Assembly (NCBI GenBank): GCA_046152935.1
Contig: JBJXGB010000103.1
Coordinates: 3,983 to 67,982 of the forward strand
DNA from: Cytophagales bacterium
GTDB taxonomy: Bacteria > Bacteroidota > Bacteroidia > Cytophagales > UBA9547
Reading direction: 5' to 3'
DNA: 64,000 bases
Made by a program: the position numbers and the translations under genes. The notes under the pieces were generated by a model. That model saw only the letters and a list, made by a program, of their open reading frames with translations, searched no databases and was not told the DNA's origin. Positions 19,653 through 30,965 of this stretch are shown in pieces. How positions within the stretch are numbered: the stretch's first letter is position 1; each line of letters begins with the position of its first letter.

Positions 19653-21062
19653 ATGCACAAGATAAAATCTACATATAAAAAACTAATTGCAGATACAGTT
19701 ACGCCAGTAAGTATCTATCTGAAAATAAGAGATAAATTTCCAGATAGCATTCTACTTGAAAGCTCTGATTATCATGGCAACGACAATAGCTACTCATTCA
19801 TTGCGTGCAAGCCAATGTTTGGTTTTACTGTAGACAACAGAAAAGCACATTTTCATTATCCAGATGGAAGCAAAAAAGAGATTTCCATTATCCACAAAGA
19901 AACGCTTCCGGATGAAATAAACAAATATTGCCAAAGTTTTGAGACCGAAACTGCAAATTTCCCATTTATTAATGGTGGATTATTTGGATACACGAGCTAC
20001 GATGCTGTGCAATATTTTGAGGATATTAACCTTACAAAACTCAATACCTCCGACATCAAAATTCCAGAATTACAATACTATTTCTACGAATTTGTAATTG
20101 TCATAAATCATTTCAACGATGAATTATTCATTTTTCAACACCAAGTCGAAGGTTTGGAAAAAGGAGCTGACGATATCGAAACCATTATTTCACACATCAA
20201 CAATCGTAATATTCCTTCATTTCATTTCAATACGGTTGGAGAAGAAAAATCGAATCTGACCGACCCACAATTTCTTGAGATTTTACAAAAAGGAAAAGAC
20301 CACTGTTTCAGAGGAGATGTGTTTCAAATCGTACTTTCGAGACGATTTACGCAAGGTTTTGCAGGTGATGAATTTAATGTTTATCGGGCTTTAAGATCCA
20401 TAAATCCATCGCCATATTTGTTTTATTTCGACTATGGCAATTTCAAATTATTTGGCTCATCGCCTGAAGCTCAGCTCATTATCAAAAACAATAAATCGGT
20501 CATCAACCCTATTGCTGGCACTTTTAGCCGCAGCGGCAATGATGAAGAAGATGCCAAAATAGCTGAAAAACTGAAGCTCGACCCCAAAGAAAATGCCGAG
20601 CACGTGATGTTGGTAGATTTGGCCCGAAACGATTTGAGTAGAAATGGAGACAATGTTTTTGTTGAAACGTTCAAAGAGACGCAGTTTTATTCGCACGTTA
20701 TTCATTTGGTTTCTACCGTAATTGGAGAAATAAGCCCAGAAACCAACCGCTTTAAAGTAGTGGCGGATACATTTCCGGCAGGTACTTTGTCGGGAGCTCC
20801 TAAACACAATGCGATGACTTTGATCGACAAATACGAAAATATCAATCGCAGCTACTATGCTGGCTGCATCGGTTTTATGGATTTTAAAGGCAATTTCAAC
20901 CAAGCTATTATGATTCGGACATTCTTGAGCCAAAATAACACTTTATATTTTCAGGCTGGAGCTGGTGTGGTGGCCGATTCAAAAATAGAAAGCGAACTGC
21001 AAGAGGTACATAATAAATTGGCAGCTTTGAAAAAAGCACTCAAATTGGCAACCGAAATATAG
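19653..21062 (+). CDS. trpE: anthranilate synthase component I family (chorismate-binding enzyme)
   Basis: Carries LLESSDYHG..YSFIAC and INPSPYLFYF (TrpE-type motifs), plus the chorismate-binding C-terminal motifs GTLSGAPK and YAGCIGF. No trpG/trpD neighbour is present. Confidence 0.75.
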   Translation: MHKIKSTYKKLIADTVTPVSIYLKIRDKFPDSILLESSDYHGNDNSYSFIACKPMFGFTVDNRKAHFHYPDGSKKEISIIHKETLPDEINKYCQSFETETANFPFINGGLFGYTSYDAVQYFEDINLTKLNTSDIKIPELQYYFYEFVIVINHFNDELFIFQHQVEGLEKGADDIETIISHINNRNIPSFHFNTVGEEKSNLTDPQFLEILQKGKDHCFRGDVFQIVLSRRFTQGFAGDEFNVYRALRSINPSPYLFYFDYGNFKLFGSSPEAQLIIKNNKSVINPIAGTFSRSGNDEEDAKIAEKLKLDPKENAEHVMLVDLARNDLSRNGDNVFVETFKETQFYSHVIHLVSTVIGEISPETNRFKVVADTFPAGTLSGAPKHNAMTLIDKYENINRSYYAGCIGFMDFKGNFNQAIMIRTFLSQNNTLYFQAGAGVVADSKIESELQEVHNKLAALKKALKLATEI

Positions 21063-21064
21063 AC

Positions 21065-21089
21065 TAAACTATTGTTTCTCAATAGTTTA
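21065..21089. terminator. weak AT-rich hairpin between convergent genes
   Basis: TAAACTATTG (21065-21074) pairs with CAATAGTTTA (21080-21089). Confidence 0.35.
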
Positions 21090-21093
21090 CCCT

Positions 21094-22416
21094 TCAACTA
21101 TTTAATGCAACTACACTATTTTTTAGGTCTGGAATATAAACAGTTATCTCCGTAAACTCTCTTTTTATTGATTTGATTTCTAGTTTTCCTTCTAGTTTTT
21201 CAACCGATTCTTTTACGATATACATGCCCAAGCCCGAACTAGATGTGGTAATTTCAGACTTATGAAACATTTTAAATATATTGGGCAGTTCTTGTGCATC
21301 AATTCCAATGCCATTGTCACTTATTACTATCGAAACAAAATTTTCAAAATTTGATATACTGATTTTAATATTTTTTTGAGGCTTTTGGCTGTCACAGTAT
21401 TTTACTGCATTCGACAAAATATTATCGAATATTAAGTTTAGACGGTACTTATCGCTGTAGATATTAGATTTCAAATTGATAGATGAAGTAACAATAATAT
21501 TCTGTTTTTCTAGCTCAAATTCGAATTTTAGGAGGTTTTTTGATACGATATCAGCAAAATCTACCTCCTGTAGCAATAAATTTAGCCTATCGTTGGCATA
21601 ATAGCCCAAAATATCTTTGATGTATTGATCGAGCCGAACCAAACATTTTTCTTGCAGAAGTAAATAATTTCGTATTTCATCTACATTTTTTTCCTGATTT
21701 ATCAAATTGGTGAGCCCTCTCATGGTGGCAATTGGGGCTCTCAATTCGTGGCTCACGCTATACACAAAGCGATCTAGTTCATCATTTCGTTTCACCAATT
21801 CAATATTTTGCTCAGAAGCCTGAGAAAGCGACTTTTTAATGGATTGCTCATTGTTGTATGCCTCTTTGATAATAAAAAACACAAAAACAGACGATAATGC
21901 CATTGAAAGTGTGGTTGTAACCATTAATTCTACTTTTCTTGAATCTGGCGATGGCTTTAAGAATTGATAAATACTGAGATCAAAATATCTATCTATAATA
22001 AGATATAATAAAGGGAAGAGCAGCTGTAACAGCACCAAACCACTGTCTTTGAAATCAATCAAAAAATAATTGGCAATTAGCAGGGGAATAAAAAATATTA
22101 GGATATTTCCCTCAAAACCCTGCGCCACTGAAGCAAATATAATGATAAATGCACATCCATAGCTCATCAGATATCCAGCGAGTAGGGTATAGCCGAAATA
22201 ATTTACCACGAAACAAAGTGTATAAAAGCTCAGAAAACAGATATTCATCGGTACCGTTTGGTAATTACCGAGTAAAAACTGGGAACAGAGCCCTATAAGA
22301 TTGGCCAAAAAACCGCTTAACAAGCAAATTGATATAAGTCTTTGACGTTTTTGCGCTTGCCCTGCTGGAAAAGCTTTTATGAATATCTTTTTTAGATGAC
22401 TTATAAGTCGCTTCAT
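21094..22416 (-). CDS. membrane sensor histidine kinase
   Basis: The N-terminal half is polytopic and hydrophobic. The H-box is SHELRAPIATM, the N-box is NILSNAVKY, and the G-boxes are DNGIGI and GLGMYIV. Confidence 0.85.
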   Translation of the reverse strand: MKRLISHLKKIFIKAFPAGQAQKRQRLISICLLSGFLANLIGLCSQFLLGNYQTVPMNICFLSFYTLCFVVNYFGYTLLAGYLMSYGCAFIIIFASVAQGFEGNILIFFIPLLIANYFLIDFKDSGLVLLQLLFPLLYLIIDRYFDLSIYQFLKPSPDSRKVELMVTTTLSMALSSVFVFFIIKEAYNNEQSIKKSLSQASEQNIELVKRNDELDRFVYSVSHELRAPIATMRGLTNLINQEKNVDEIRNYLLLQEKCLVRLDQYIKDILGYYANDRLNLLLQEVDFADIVSKNLLKFEFELEKQNIIVTSSINLKSNIYSDKYRLNLIFDNILSNAVKYCDSQKPQKNIKISISNFENFVSIVISDNGIGIDAQELPNIFKMFHKSEITTSSSGLGMYIVKESVEKLEGKLEIKSIKREFTEITVYIPDLKNSVVALNS

Positions 22417-22714
22417 ATTTCAATTTATTGATAAGCTGTTTCAAGTTTAAGATATGTTTTCAATACTGCAAGCCATAATTCAAAAAATTAAAATTCAAGA
22501 ATAGTTGCGAATTGATACTTTTAATATGATTTATCAAAACTCGACAGGACTGATTAAACAAAAAGTATCGCTTGGGGTGATTTCAGTGCCTCAAAGCGTA
22601 AAAACGATTGCCATTTTCACAGTCTGATATTTTCAAGACGAATAAAAATAAAATCGCGAAATAATACATAGCCATCTAATTGCTAATTAAATTTGTTTTT
22701 TTAACCCTACATAA

Positions 22715-24358
<1,644 letters not shown>

Positions 24359-24453
24359 ATATTCTGCGAGGTAAAAAGGTATTAGTATATTGACAATGAG
24401 CACATTCTATCTCTCATTCTCTCTCGTTAGTAGTTCTGAATAATAAAAAAAAT

Positions 24454-24495
24454 AAACCTACAAGTATTTGAATAAATCAAATACTTGTAGGTTTT
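24454..24495 (+). terminator. rho-independent terminator downstream of pgi
   Basis: A perfect 18-bp stem (24454-24471 pairs with 24477-24494) has a 5-nt loop and a following T-run. Confidence 0.7.
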
Positions 24496-24576
24496 AACCT
24501 TAATATAGCTATTTTTACCAAGCGAATACGCATCATTATATCATAAATTTATTTTTACATCCTCATTTAAAATATT

Positions 24577-25437
24577 ATGAATAAGCCGACAATGCAATAT
24601 ATAGCCATCGTACTTTTTTCAATCATTTTTTTAAGTACCAATGCACAAGAAGTGCTGGGAGGTAAATACCAAGATAAAAAAGGCCGCCCAATTCGGTTCA
24701 ACATTATCAAAACAAATTTATTTGGTTGGCCTTTGGGCATGTATAACGTTACTTACGAACGAAAATTGACTAAAACATATTCGGCATTGTTGGGAGTCAC
24801 TATTTATGGAACTCCTGCTATATCACCAATTACTCTTGATGTTTTGGGAAACAAAGCCCAAACGAGCGTTTCTTCGTCTGGTTTTGCTATTTCGCCAGAG
24901 TTCAGATGGTATGTAGGTAAACATGGTGCACCTAGAGGTTACTATTTTGGTATTTATATTCCTATTATCAATTATAACGGCACTGTAGATCAAAATACCA
25001 CGCTTTTTACATTGCAACAAGGAAATAGTATTCCTTTTGAGGCCAATGGCAATTTTAGTCCAAATTTCACTTTTTATGGTGTTGGGCTTTCAGGCGGACC
25101 TCAATTTATTATTGCCAATCGAGTATCAGTAGAGTTATTTTTGAATATTGCCATTGGTATTTACAGCCTCAATTCATTAAATTATGGCTTGAAAGGTGAT
25201 AATTCATCGCAGATAACCACTATTTTACCCAATGGAAATTATACTGCCAACCAATTGCGATTGGCGGGAATCGTAGTAGAAGATACACCAGAATATACTT
25301 ATCAAATCAGCACAAACAGCAATGGCAGCAAGAGCCTGGTTACAAACTACGATAAAGTAGAAACTCTAGAAAGTAGGTCTGGCATTTTACCTTTGCCAAG
25401 AATTGGATTTACAGTCGGCTATGCTTTTGGGAAGTAA
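24577..25437 (+). CDS. hypothetical secreted protein, probable outer-membrane beta-barrel
   Basis: Signal peptide ..FLSTNAQE. The sequence is beta-rich with alternating aromatic residues and ends ..GFTVGYAFGK. No family was recognised. Confidence 0.4.
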   Translation: MNKPTMQYIAIVLFSIIFLSTNAQEVLGGKYQDKKGRPIRFNIIKTNLFGWPLGMYNVTYERKLTKTYSALLGVTIYGTPAISPITLDVLGNKAQTSVSSSGFAISPEFRWYVGKHGAPRGYYFGIYIPIINYNGTVDQNTTLFTLQQGNSIPFEANGNFSPNFTFYGVGLSGGPQFIIANRVSVELFLNIAIGIYSLNSLNYGLKGDNSSQITTILPNGNYTANQLRLAGIVVEDTPEYTYQISTNSNGSKSLVTNYDKVETLESRSGILPLPRIGFTVGYAFGK

Positions 25438-25558
25438 AGAAGCAAAAGCTGTTTTTCGCACAAATAAATAAACTAAATGCCTAATGGGAAGGGTATATCC
25501 AAATGGAAAGGATATAATATTTACCATTTGGCATCTACTGCTTACCAAGCTAGATTTT

Positions 25559-27004
25559 TTATCCTTTAACTTCAGCGATTTCGGTTACCGATTTCAAATA
25601 TTTATACAGAAGCCTCACTCCTACTCCAGTACCAGATTTGCCACGGTAATTGTCTTCTTTCTTCAAAAAAGCAGTACCCGCAATATCGAAATGTAACCAA
25701 GGATAAGAAGTAAAGTGTTTTAAAAACATACCAGCAGTGATGGCTCCAGCTTCGCTGCCCCCAATATTTTGAAAATCGGCAATATCAGATTTGAGTTGAT
25801 CGGCATATTCATCCCAAAGCGGAAACTGTACCAAACGCTCATGTACATGATGGCCTGCTTTTTCTATTTGGCTTTTAATTTCATCAGTAGCAGTACCCAT
25901 GTATACGCTGCCCTCAGTGCCAGTGGCTCTCATGGCAGAGCCAGTAAGTGTGGCCAGGTCAAAAACTAGCTGAGGATTGTATTTTTTGGCATAGGCCAAG
26001 GCATCTGCCAATATCAAACGCCCTTCAGCATCCGTATTTAACACTTCTACCGTAGTGCCATCAAACATTTCTATCACATCGCCTGGCACGTAAGCATTGC
26101 CGTCTAGCCGATTTTCGGTAGCAGGTATCAAGCCAATAATATGAATCGGTAGCTTATTTTCAGCAACGGCCACAAATGTTCCCACTACTGCAGCGGCTCC
26201 AGCCATGTCGCATTTCATCCAATCGAGAGAGTCTGCTGGCTTTAAACTATAGCCGCCCGTATCGTACACTACTCCTTTCCCTACCAAAATTATCGGTTTT
26301 TCATTTGTGGGGTGTTTGGGTTTATATTCCAAAACATTGAAAGTTGGATGGTTTTTCGAGCCTTTATTTACAGCCAAAAGTCCACCCATTTTCAGGCTTT
26401 CTATTTTCGATTTGTTGAATACTTCTACTTTAAAACCATGTTCTTTGCCCAAGGCTTCAATTTCTTCACTCAAAACTTCGGCAGTAAGGTACGAAAGTGG
26501 CTCGTTTACCAAATCTCTAGCCGTAAATACCGCTTTTGCTATGTTCGATAGCTCTTTCAATTGCGATTTATCGAGAGATAAATCTATGGCAAATACAGAT
26601 TCTAAAGTGTGTTTTTTCTTGTCAGATTTATACTTTAAAAAGCGATAACTGCCTAGTAGCAAGCCCTCTGTAAAATCTAATATATTTAACGTGCTTGGTG
26701 TATTGTTCTCAATTTGGAGGTCTGTAATTTTATATTCATCTGCCAATTTTTGTATTTCAAAGCCCAGTCTACGGAGTTTTTCTGCTTTTTTGGGAATATC
26801 TTGCTCTTGCGGTTTTTGCACCAAAAACACATATCTGGTATATTGATTGAGAATAATAATCTCTTTTTTCTGCGAAATTTGGGTTTTTACGAAACTGGTT
26901 TCTGCTTCGTTCGTCACAATATCAGTAAGTTCTTTTAGTTCATTATACAAAACCACCAAATGGATATTTTCTCTGGTCTGTTCTATTTGTTTGAGCGAAA
27001 TCAT
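25559..27004 (-). CDS. pepA: leucyl aminopeptidase (M17 family)
   Basis: M17 motifs are present: VGKGVVYDTGGYSLKP, MKCDMAGAAAV, and NTDAEGRLILADAL. Confidence 0.9.
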   Translation of the reverse strand: MISLKQIEQTRENIHLVVLYNELKELTDIVTNEAETSFVKTQISQKKEIIILNQYTRYVFLVQKPQEQDIPKKAEKLRRLGFEIQKLADEYKITDLQIENNTPSTLNILDFTEGLLLGSYRFLKYKSDKKKHTLESVFAIDLSLDKSQLKELSNIAKAVFTARDLVNEPLSYLTAEVLSEEIEALGKEHGFKVEVFNKSKIESLKMGGLLAVNKGSKNHPTFNVLEYKPKHPTNEKPIILVGKGVVYDTGGYSLKPADSLDWMKCDMAGAAAVVGTFVAVAENKLPIHIIGLIPATENRLDGNAYVPGDVIEMFDGTTVEVLNTDAEGRLILADALAYAKKYNPQLVFDLATLTGSAMRATGTEGSVYMGTATDEIKSQIEKAGHHVHERLVQFPLWDEYADQLKSDIADFQNIGGSEAGAITAGMFLKHFTSYPWLHFDIAGTAFLKKEDNYRGKSGTGVGVRLLYKYLKSVTEIAEVKG

Positions 27005-27093
27005 AGCTATTTAATTTTGAGCTTTGAAATTGATTGAATTATTGTTGAAATGCAATAAAATGAAAAAATAATGGCGATAAAGTCAAAACATGT

Positions 27094-27135
27094 AAAAGCC
27101 GCACTTTAATTTATCAAATTAAAATACGGCTTTTT
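27094..27135 (-). terminator. hairpin terminator downstream of the pyrophosphatase gene
   Basis: AAAAGCCGCACTTTAATTT pairs with AAATTAAAATACGGCTTTT with two mismatched positions. It is flanked by A/T runs and lies 27 bp past the stop at 27162. Confidence 0.55.
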
Positions 27136-27161
27136 ATGGTATCATGAGCAGTATGAAATAC

Positions 27162-29336
27162 TTATTGCTTAGCTTTATTATAAGAAATCTCTACTTTCTT
27201 TTGGTTATTGAACTGCTGCAATTCCGCCTTTTTATCAATATGAATGGTTTTCAATGCTGGTGCAATTACCAATGAAACAATCGACATTAATTTAATCAAT
27301 ATATTCATTGAAGGTCCAGAAGTGTCTTTGAATGGATCGCCAACTGTGTCGCCTGTGACAGCCGCTTTGTGCGGTTCAGATTTTTTATAATACATTTCGC
27401 CATTAATCAACACGCCTTTCTCAAATGATTTCTTCGCATTATCCCAAGCACCACCTGCATTTGATTGGAAAATCGCCATCAAAACGCCTGAAACAGTAAC
27501 ACCTGCCAACAAACCTCCCAAAACTTCAGGGCCAAACAAAAAACCAACAATAATTGGAGAAGTGATAGCCAAAGCACCCGGTAAAATCATTTCGCGAATA
27601 GCAGCTTTGGTAGAAATGGCGACACATTTATCGTATTCGGGAACGCCAGTTCCGTCCATAATTCCTTTGATTTCACGGAATTGTCTGCGAACTTCCTCTA
27701 CCATTGCCATAGCTGCACGCCCTACAGCACTTATAGCCATAGCTGAAAATACGAATGGTATCATTCCACCTACGAACAAACCAGCCAATACCTCCGCTTT
27801 GTAAATATCAATGGATGAAATACCAGCCAGACCTACGAAAGCTGCAAACAAGGCAAGCGATGTCAAAGCAGCGGAGGCAATGGCAAAACCTTTGCCAGTT
27901 GCTGCAGTAGTATTTCCAACAGCATCAAGAATATCTGTTTTCTCACGCACTTCGGCTGGCAAATGGCTCATTTCAGCAATTCCACCCGCATTATCTGCAA
28001 TTGGACCAAAAGCATCAATCGCCAATTGCATGGCCGTAGTTGCCATCATTCCAGCGGCTGCGATTGAAACCCCATACAAGCCTGCAAAATAATAAGACAT
28101 ATAAATACCAGCCGCCAAAACCAGAATAGGCAATGCTGTCGACATCATTCCTACACTCAAACCACCAATGACATTTGTAGCGTGGCCAGTTGCCGATTGG
28201 CGAATAATACTCAAAACTGGGCCTTTGCCCATGGCTGTATAGTATTCGGTGATGATAGATATAAGTGCACCTACCAACAATCCTGTGAGAATGGCAAAAA
28301 ACACACCGTCAGATGTAAATTCTGTGCCACGTAACGTTAAAGTAGCTGGTAAAATATTTTTGACGATAAAATAAGAAGCCACGGCTGTTAAAAGCACCGA
28401 AGCCCAGTTGCCTTTGTTTAGTGCAGCTTGCACATCGCCCCCCTCTTTGACACTCACGAAAAACGTACCAATGACGGAAAAGATAATCCCTGCTCCTGCT
28501 ATTACCATGGGTAAAAGAATGGGAGAAAGTCCACCAAAATTATCTAAAGCAATTGTTTCGCGACCTAAAACCATGGTTGCCAACACGGTAGCTACATAGG
28601 AACCAAATAAATCAGCTCCCATTCCAGCCACATCACCTACATTATCTCCTACATTATCCGCAATAGTTGCTGGATTTCTTGGATCATCTTCTGGAATGCC
28701 AGCTTCTACCTTTCCAACCAAATCAGCACCTACATCGGCAGCTTTGGTGTAAATACCACCACCAACGCGGGCAAATAAGGCTATACTTTCAGCTCCTAGT
28801 GAAAATCCTGTTAATACTTCTATGGCTCTTTCCATTCCTTCGCCATTTGGCGAGCCTCCATTCACAAATATAAAATAGAACGCGATGAACAATGAACCCA
28901 AACCCATAACAGCCAAGCCTGCAACACCCATTCCCATCACAGTACCACCTGTAAACGACACTTTCAAAGCCCTTGCCAAACTCGTTTTTGCTGCCTCAGC
29001 AGTACGTACATTGGCTTTGGTAGCCACTCTCATACCAATAAAACCTGCTAGTGCAGAGAGGATTGCACCAACTAAAAATGACCCGATTACGAGCGGATGA
29101 GATTTGTCATTGGCCGTTCCTAAAAAAAACAAAAGCAAACAGGCAATGGCTGCAAAATAAGCCATCACTTTATATTCTGCTTTTAGAAATGCCATTGCGC
29201 CATCGGCAATATTCTTGGCAATCCACTTCATGCGGTCGTCTCCATCATTTTGTTTGGTAATCCAGTTTGATAAAAACAAAGCATAAAACAAAGAACCTAG
29301 CCCAATTAGCGGTACTACGTAGAAAATAATATTCAT
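27162..29336 (-). CDS. hppA: membrane-bound ion-translocating pyrophosphatase (H+/Na+-PPase)
   Basis: 724 aa with about 16 TM segments. Motifs are [31 protein letters not shown] (the Ala form is associated with K+-dependent enzymes) and [15 protein letters not shown]. Confidence 0.95.
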   Translation of the reverse strand: MNIIFYVVPLIGLGSLFYALFLSNWITKQNDGDDRMKWIAKNIADGAMAFLKAEYKVMAYFAAIACLLLFFLGTANDKSHPLVIGSFLVGAILSALAGFIGMRVATKANVRTAEAAKTSLARALKVSFTGGTVMGMGVAGLAVMGLGSLFIAFYFIFVNGGSPNGEGMERAIEVLTGFSLGAESIALFARVGGGIYTKAADVGADLVGKVEAGIPEDDPRNPATIADNVGDNVGDVAGMGADLFGSYVATVLATMVLGRETIALDNFGGLSPILLPMVIAGAGIIFSVIGTFFVSVKEGGDVQAALNKGNWASVLLTAVASYFIVKNILPATLTLRGTEFTSDGVFFAILTGLLVGALISIITEYYTAMGKGPVLSIIRQSATGHATNVIGGLSVGMMSTALPILVLAAGIYMSYYFAGLYGVSIAAAGMMATTAMQLAIDAFGPIADNAGGIAEMSHLPAEVREKTDILDAVGNTTAATGKGFAIASAALTSLALFAAFVGLAGISSIDIYKAEVLAGLFVGGMIPFVFSAMAISAVGRAAMAMVEEVRRQFREIKGIMDGTGVPEYDKCVAISTKAAIREMILPGALAITSPIIVGFLFGPEVLGGLLAGVTVSGVLMAIFQSNAGGAWDNAKKSFEKGVLINGEMYYKKSEPHKAAVTGDTVGDPFKDTSGPSMNILIKLMSIVSLVIAPALKTIHIDKKAELQQFNNQKKVEISYNKAKQ

Positions 29337-29503
29337 AAGAAGTGATTTGAGTTTTTATTTATTTTCAGTTAAAAATTTTGAATCTGTACGAAATGCAAAT
29401 ATAAGTGGGCAATTACATTATGCTAATATACAACTCTAATTTTTCGTCTATTTATACTATTCTTATAAAAAATTGAATTTTAACATAGTATAAAATTTGA
29501 AAT

Positions 29504-30607
29504 CTAACTCAATTTCAATCTGTAATTAGTACTTCTACCACCAGCTTCATCCTTTAGAAGCATACCTTTGTTTATTAAATCCTGTATGTCGCGCAAGGCG
29601 GTATCAGGTGAGCATTTGTTCATTTTAGCCCATTTGGAAGAATTTAAACTGCCAAAAAGATCATCAAAAAGCTTATTTAGCATTAACCTTTGCCTTTCAT
29701 TAAGCGGAGCTTGGGCATGTTTTTGCCAAAATTGAGCCTTTGATAGTACGTTTTTGAGCGTTTCATCACTTGCTACAAGCGCACTCAAAAGACAATCTAA
29801 GTACCACTGGAGCCATTCCGTTATATCCAGACTTCCTCTTGAAGAGAGCTCAAGTATTTCATAATAGCCTTTTCGCTGTATGCGTATTTGGGCAGACAAA
29901 CTGTAAAATCTTTGACTAGTACCATCAGCCCTAGCGAGCTGCATGTCTGCCAAAGCACGTGCTATACGCCCATTTCCATCGTCAAAAGGGTGTATGGTCA
30001 CAAACCAAAAATGAGCCAAAGCAGATTTCAAAACTGGATCTAATGTATCGGCATTATTGAACCAATCGAGAAAAGTTTCCATTTCATATTCGAGCTTTGA
30101 GGCATCAGGTGCTTGAAAATGCACACGTTCACGGCCCATTGCCCCTGAAACTACCTGCATTGGACCAGTATTATCATCTCGCCATTTGCCCACCACTATA
30201 TCGTACATTCCACTTTTGCCCATAGGAAATAATGCCAAATGCCAACCAAATAGCCGCTCTTTGGTCAGTGGCTCATTGAAATTTTGTGTGGCATCAAGCA
30301 TCATTCCTACCACTCCCTCCACATTGCGATCGGAAGGTATAAGCCCAGCTACTTCTATACCCAAACGCCTTGCTACAGATGACCGCACTTGATCTGGATT
30401 TATAAAAACACCTTCTATTTCTGACGATTTTAACACATCAAGTGTTGCAGTATCTAATATCGCTTCTTCTTGCATTGTAAAGCCTAAAGAAGACATATAG
30501 CCTAATAACTTGCCTTGCTTGTTCCTTACTAGACCAAGCGCATGGCTCAAACTTTCTAAATCGTATCGAAAATGTGGCCAATATTTAGATTCGTATACAT
30601 ATGTCAT
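29504..30607 (-). CDS. Fic family protein (AMPylase-type motif) with an N-terminal inhibitory-helix motif and a C-terminal winged-helix-like domain
   Basis: Canonical Fic motif HPFDDGNGRIARAL. The upstream SSEIEG fits the (S/T)xxxE(G/N) auto-inhibition motif. The N-terminal region is DUF4172-like. Confidence 0.9.
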   Translation of the reverse strand: MTYVYESKYWPHFRYDLESLSHALGLVRNKQGKLLGYMSSLGFTMQEEAILDTATLDVLKSSEIEGVFINPDQVRSSVARRLGIEVAGLIPSDRNVEGVVGMMLDATQNFNEPLTKERLFGWHLALFPMGKSGMYDIVVGKWRDDNTGPMQVVSGAMGRERVHFQAPDASKLEYEMETFLDWFNNADTLDPVLKSALAHFWFVTIHPFDDGNGRIARALADMQLARADGTSQRFYSLSAQIRIQRKGYYEILELSSRGSLDITEWLQWYLDCLLSALVASDETLKNVLSKAQFWQKHAQAPLNERQRLMLNKLFDDLFGSLNSSKWAKMNKCSPDTALRDIQDLINKGMLLKDEAGGRSTNYRLKLS

Positions 30608-30608
30608 T

Positions 30609-30801
30609 TATTCTCCTCACATCATGCAACAAATATACCACCTATTCTCCGCAAATAAAATTATTCTCCGCACATTTTACGGCAAATAACACCACTAATC
30701 ACCGGAAAACGCCACAAAAATGGAATAATTGTAGTTCATGCGGAGAATAGCGTTGCTATTCTCCGCATAAATAGCGGTAATTAAAGACATTATTCTCCGC
30801 A
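30609..30801. promoter_or_regulatory. cluster of six 11-mer sites TATTCTCCGCA (candidate operator/iteron array) in the fic / M1-peptidase divergent region
   Basis: Perfect copies lie at 30643-30653, 30662-30672, 30757-30767 and 30791-30801 (direct) and 30739-30749 (inverted). A one-mismatch copy lies at 30609-30619, next to the fic start codon. Confidence 0.6.
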
Positions 30802-30965
30802 AGACTTTTTTATATTTTGAGTAATGAATAAAAAAACAGCCTTGAGATTTAAGCCTATTGCGTAGAAATTGACAATGATGAAACACTAAAAAAATCTCTT
30901 TTAATTATTGACAATCTACCTCTGTATTTTTTGATATATTTAGGCTTCAGAACAACATACTTAAT

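Noticed and set aside
20457-20933. 158-aa antisense ORF inside the trpE-family gene
   Set aside because: It is fully embedded opposite a well-supported gene and has a low-complexity translation. It is a shadow ORF typical of AT-rich sequence.
30695-30886. 63-aa minus-strand ORF spanning the TATTCTCCGCA sites
   Set aside because: Its sequence is largely dictated by the repeated 11-mers, it has no recognisable family features, and it overlaps the likely promoter region. I treat it as non-coding.
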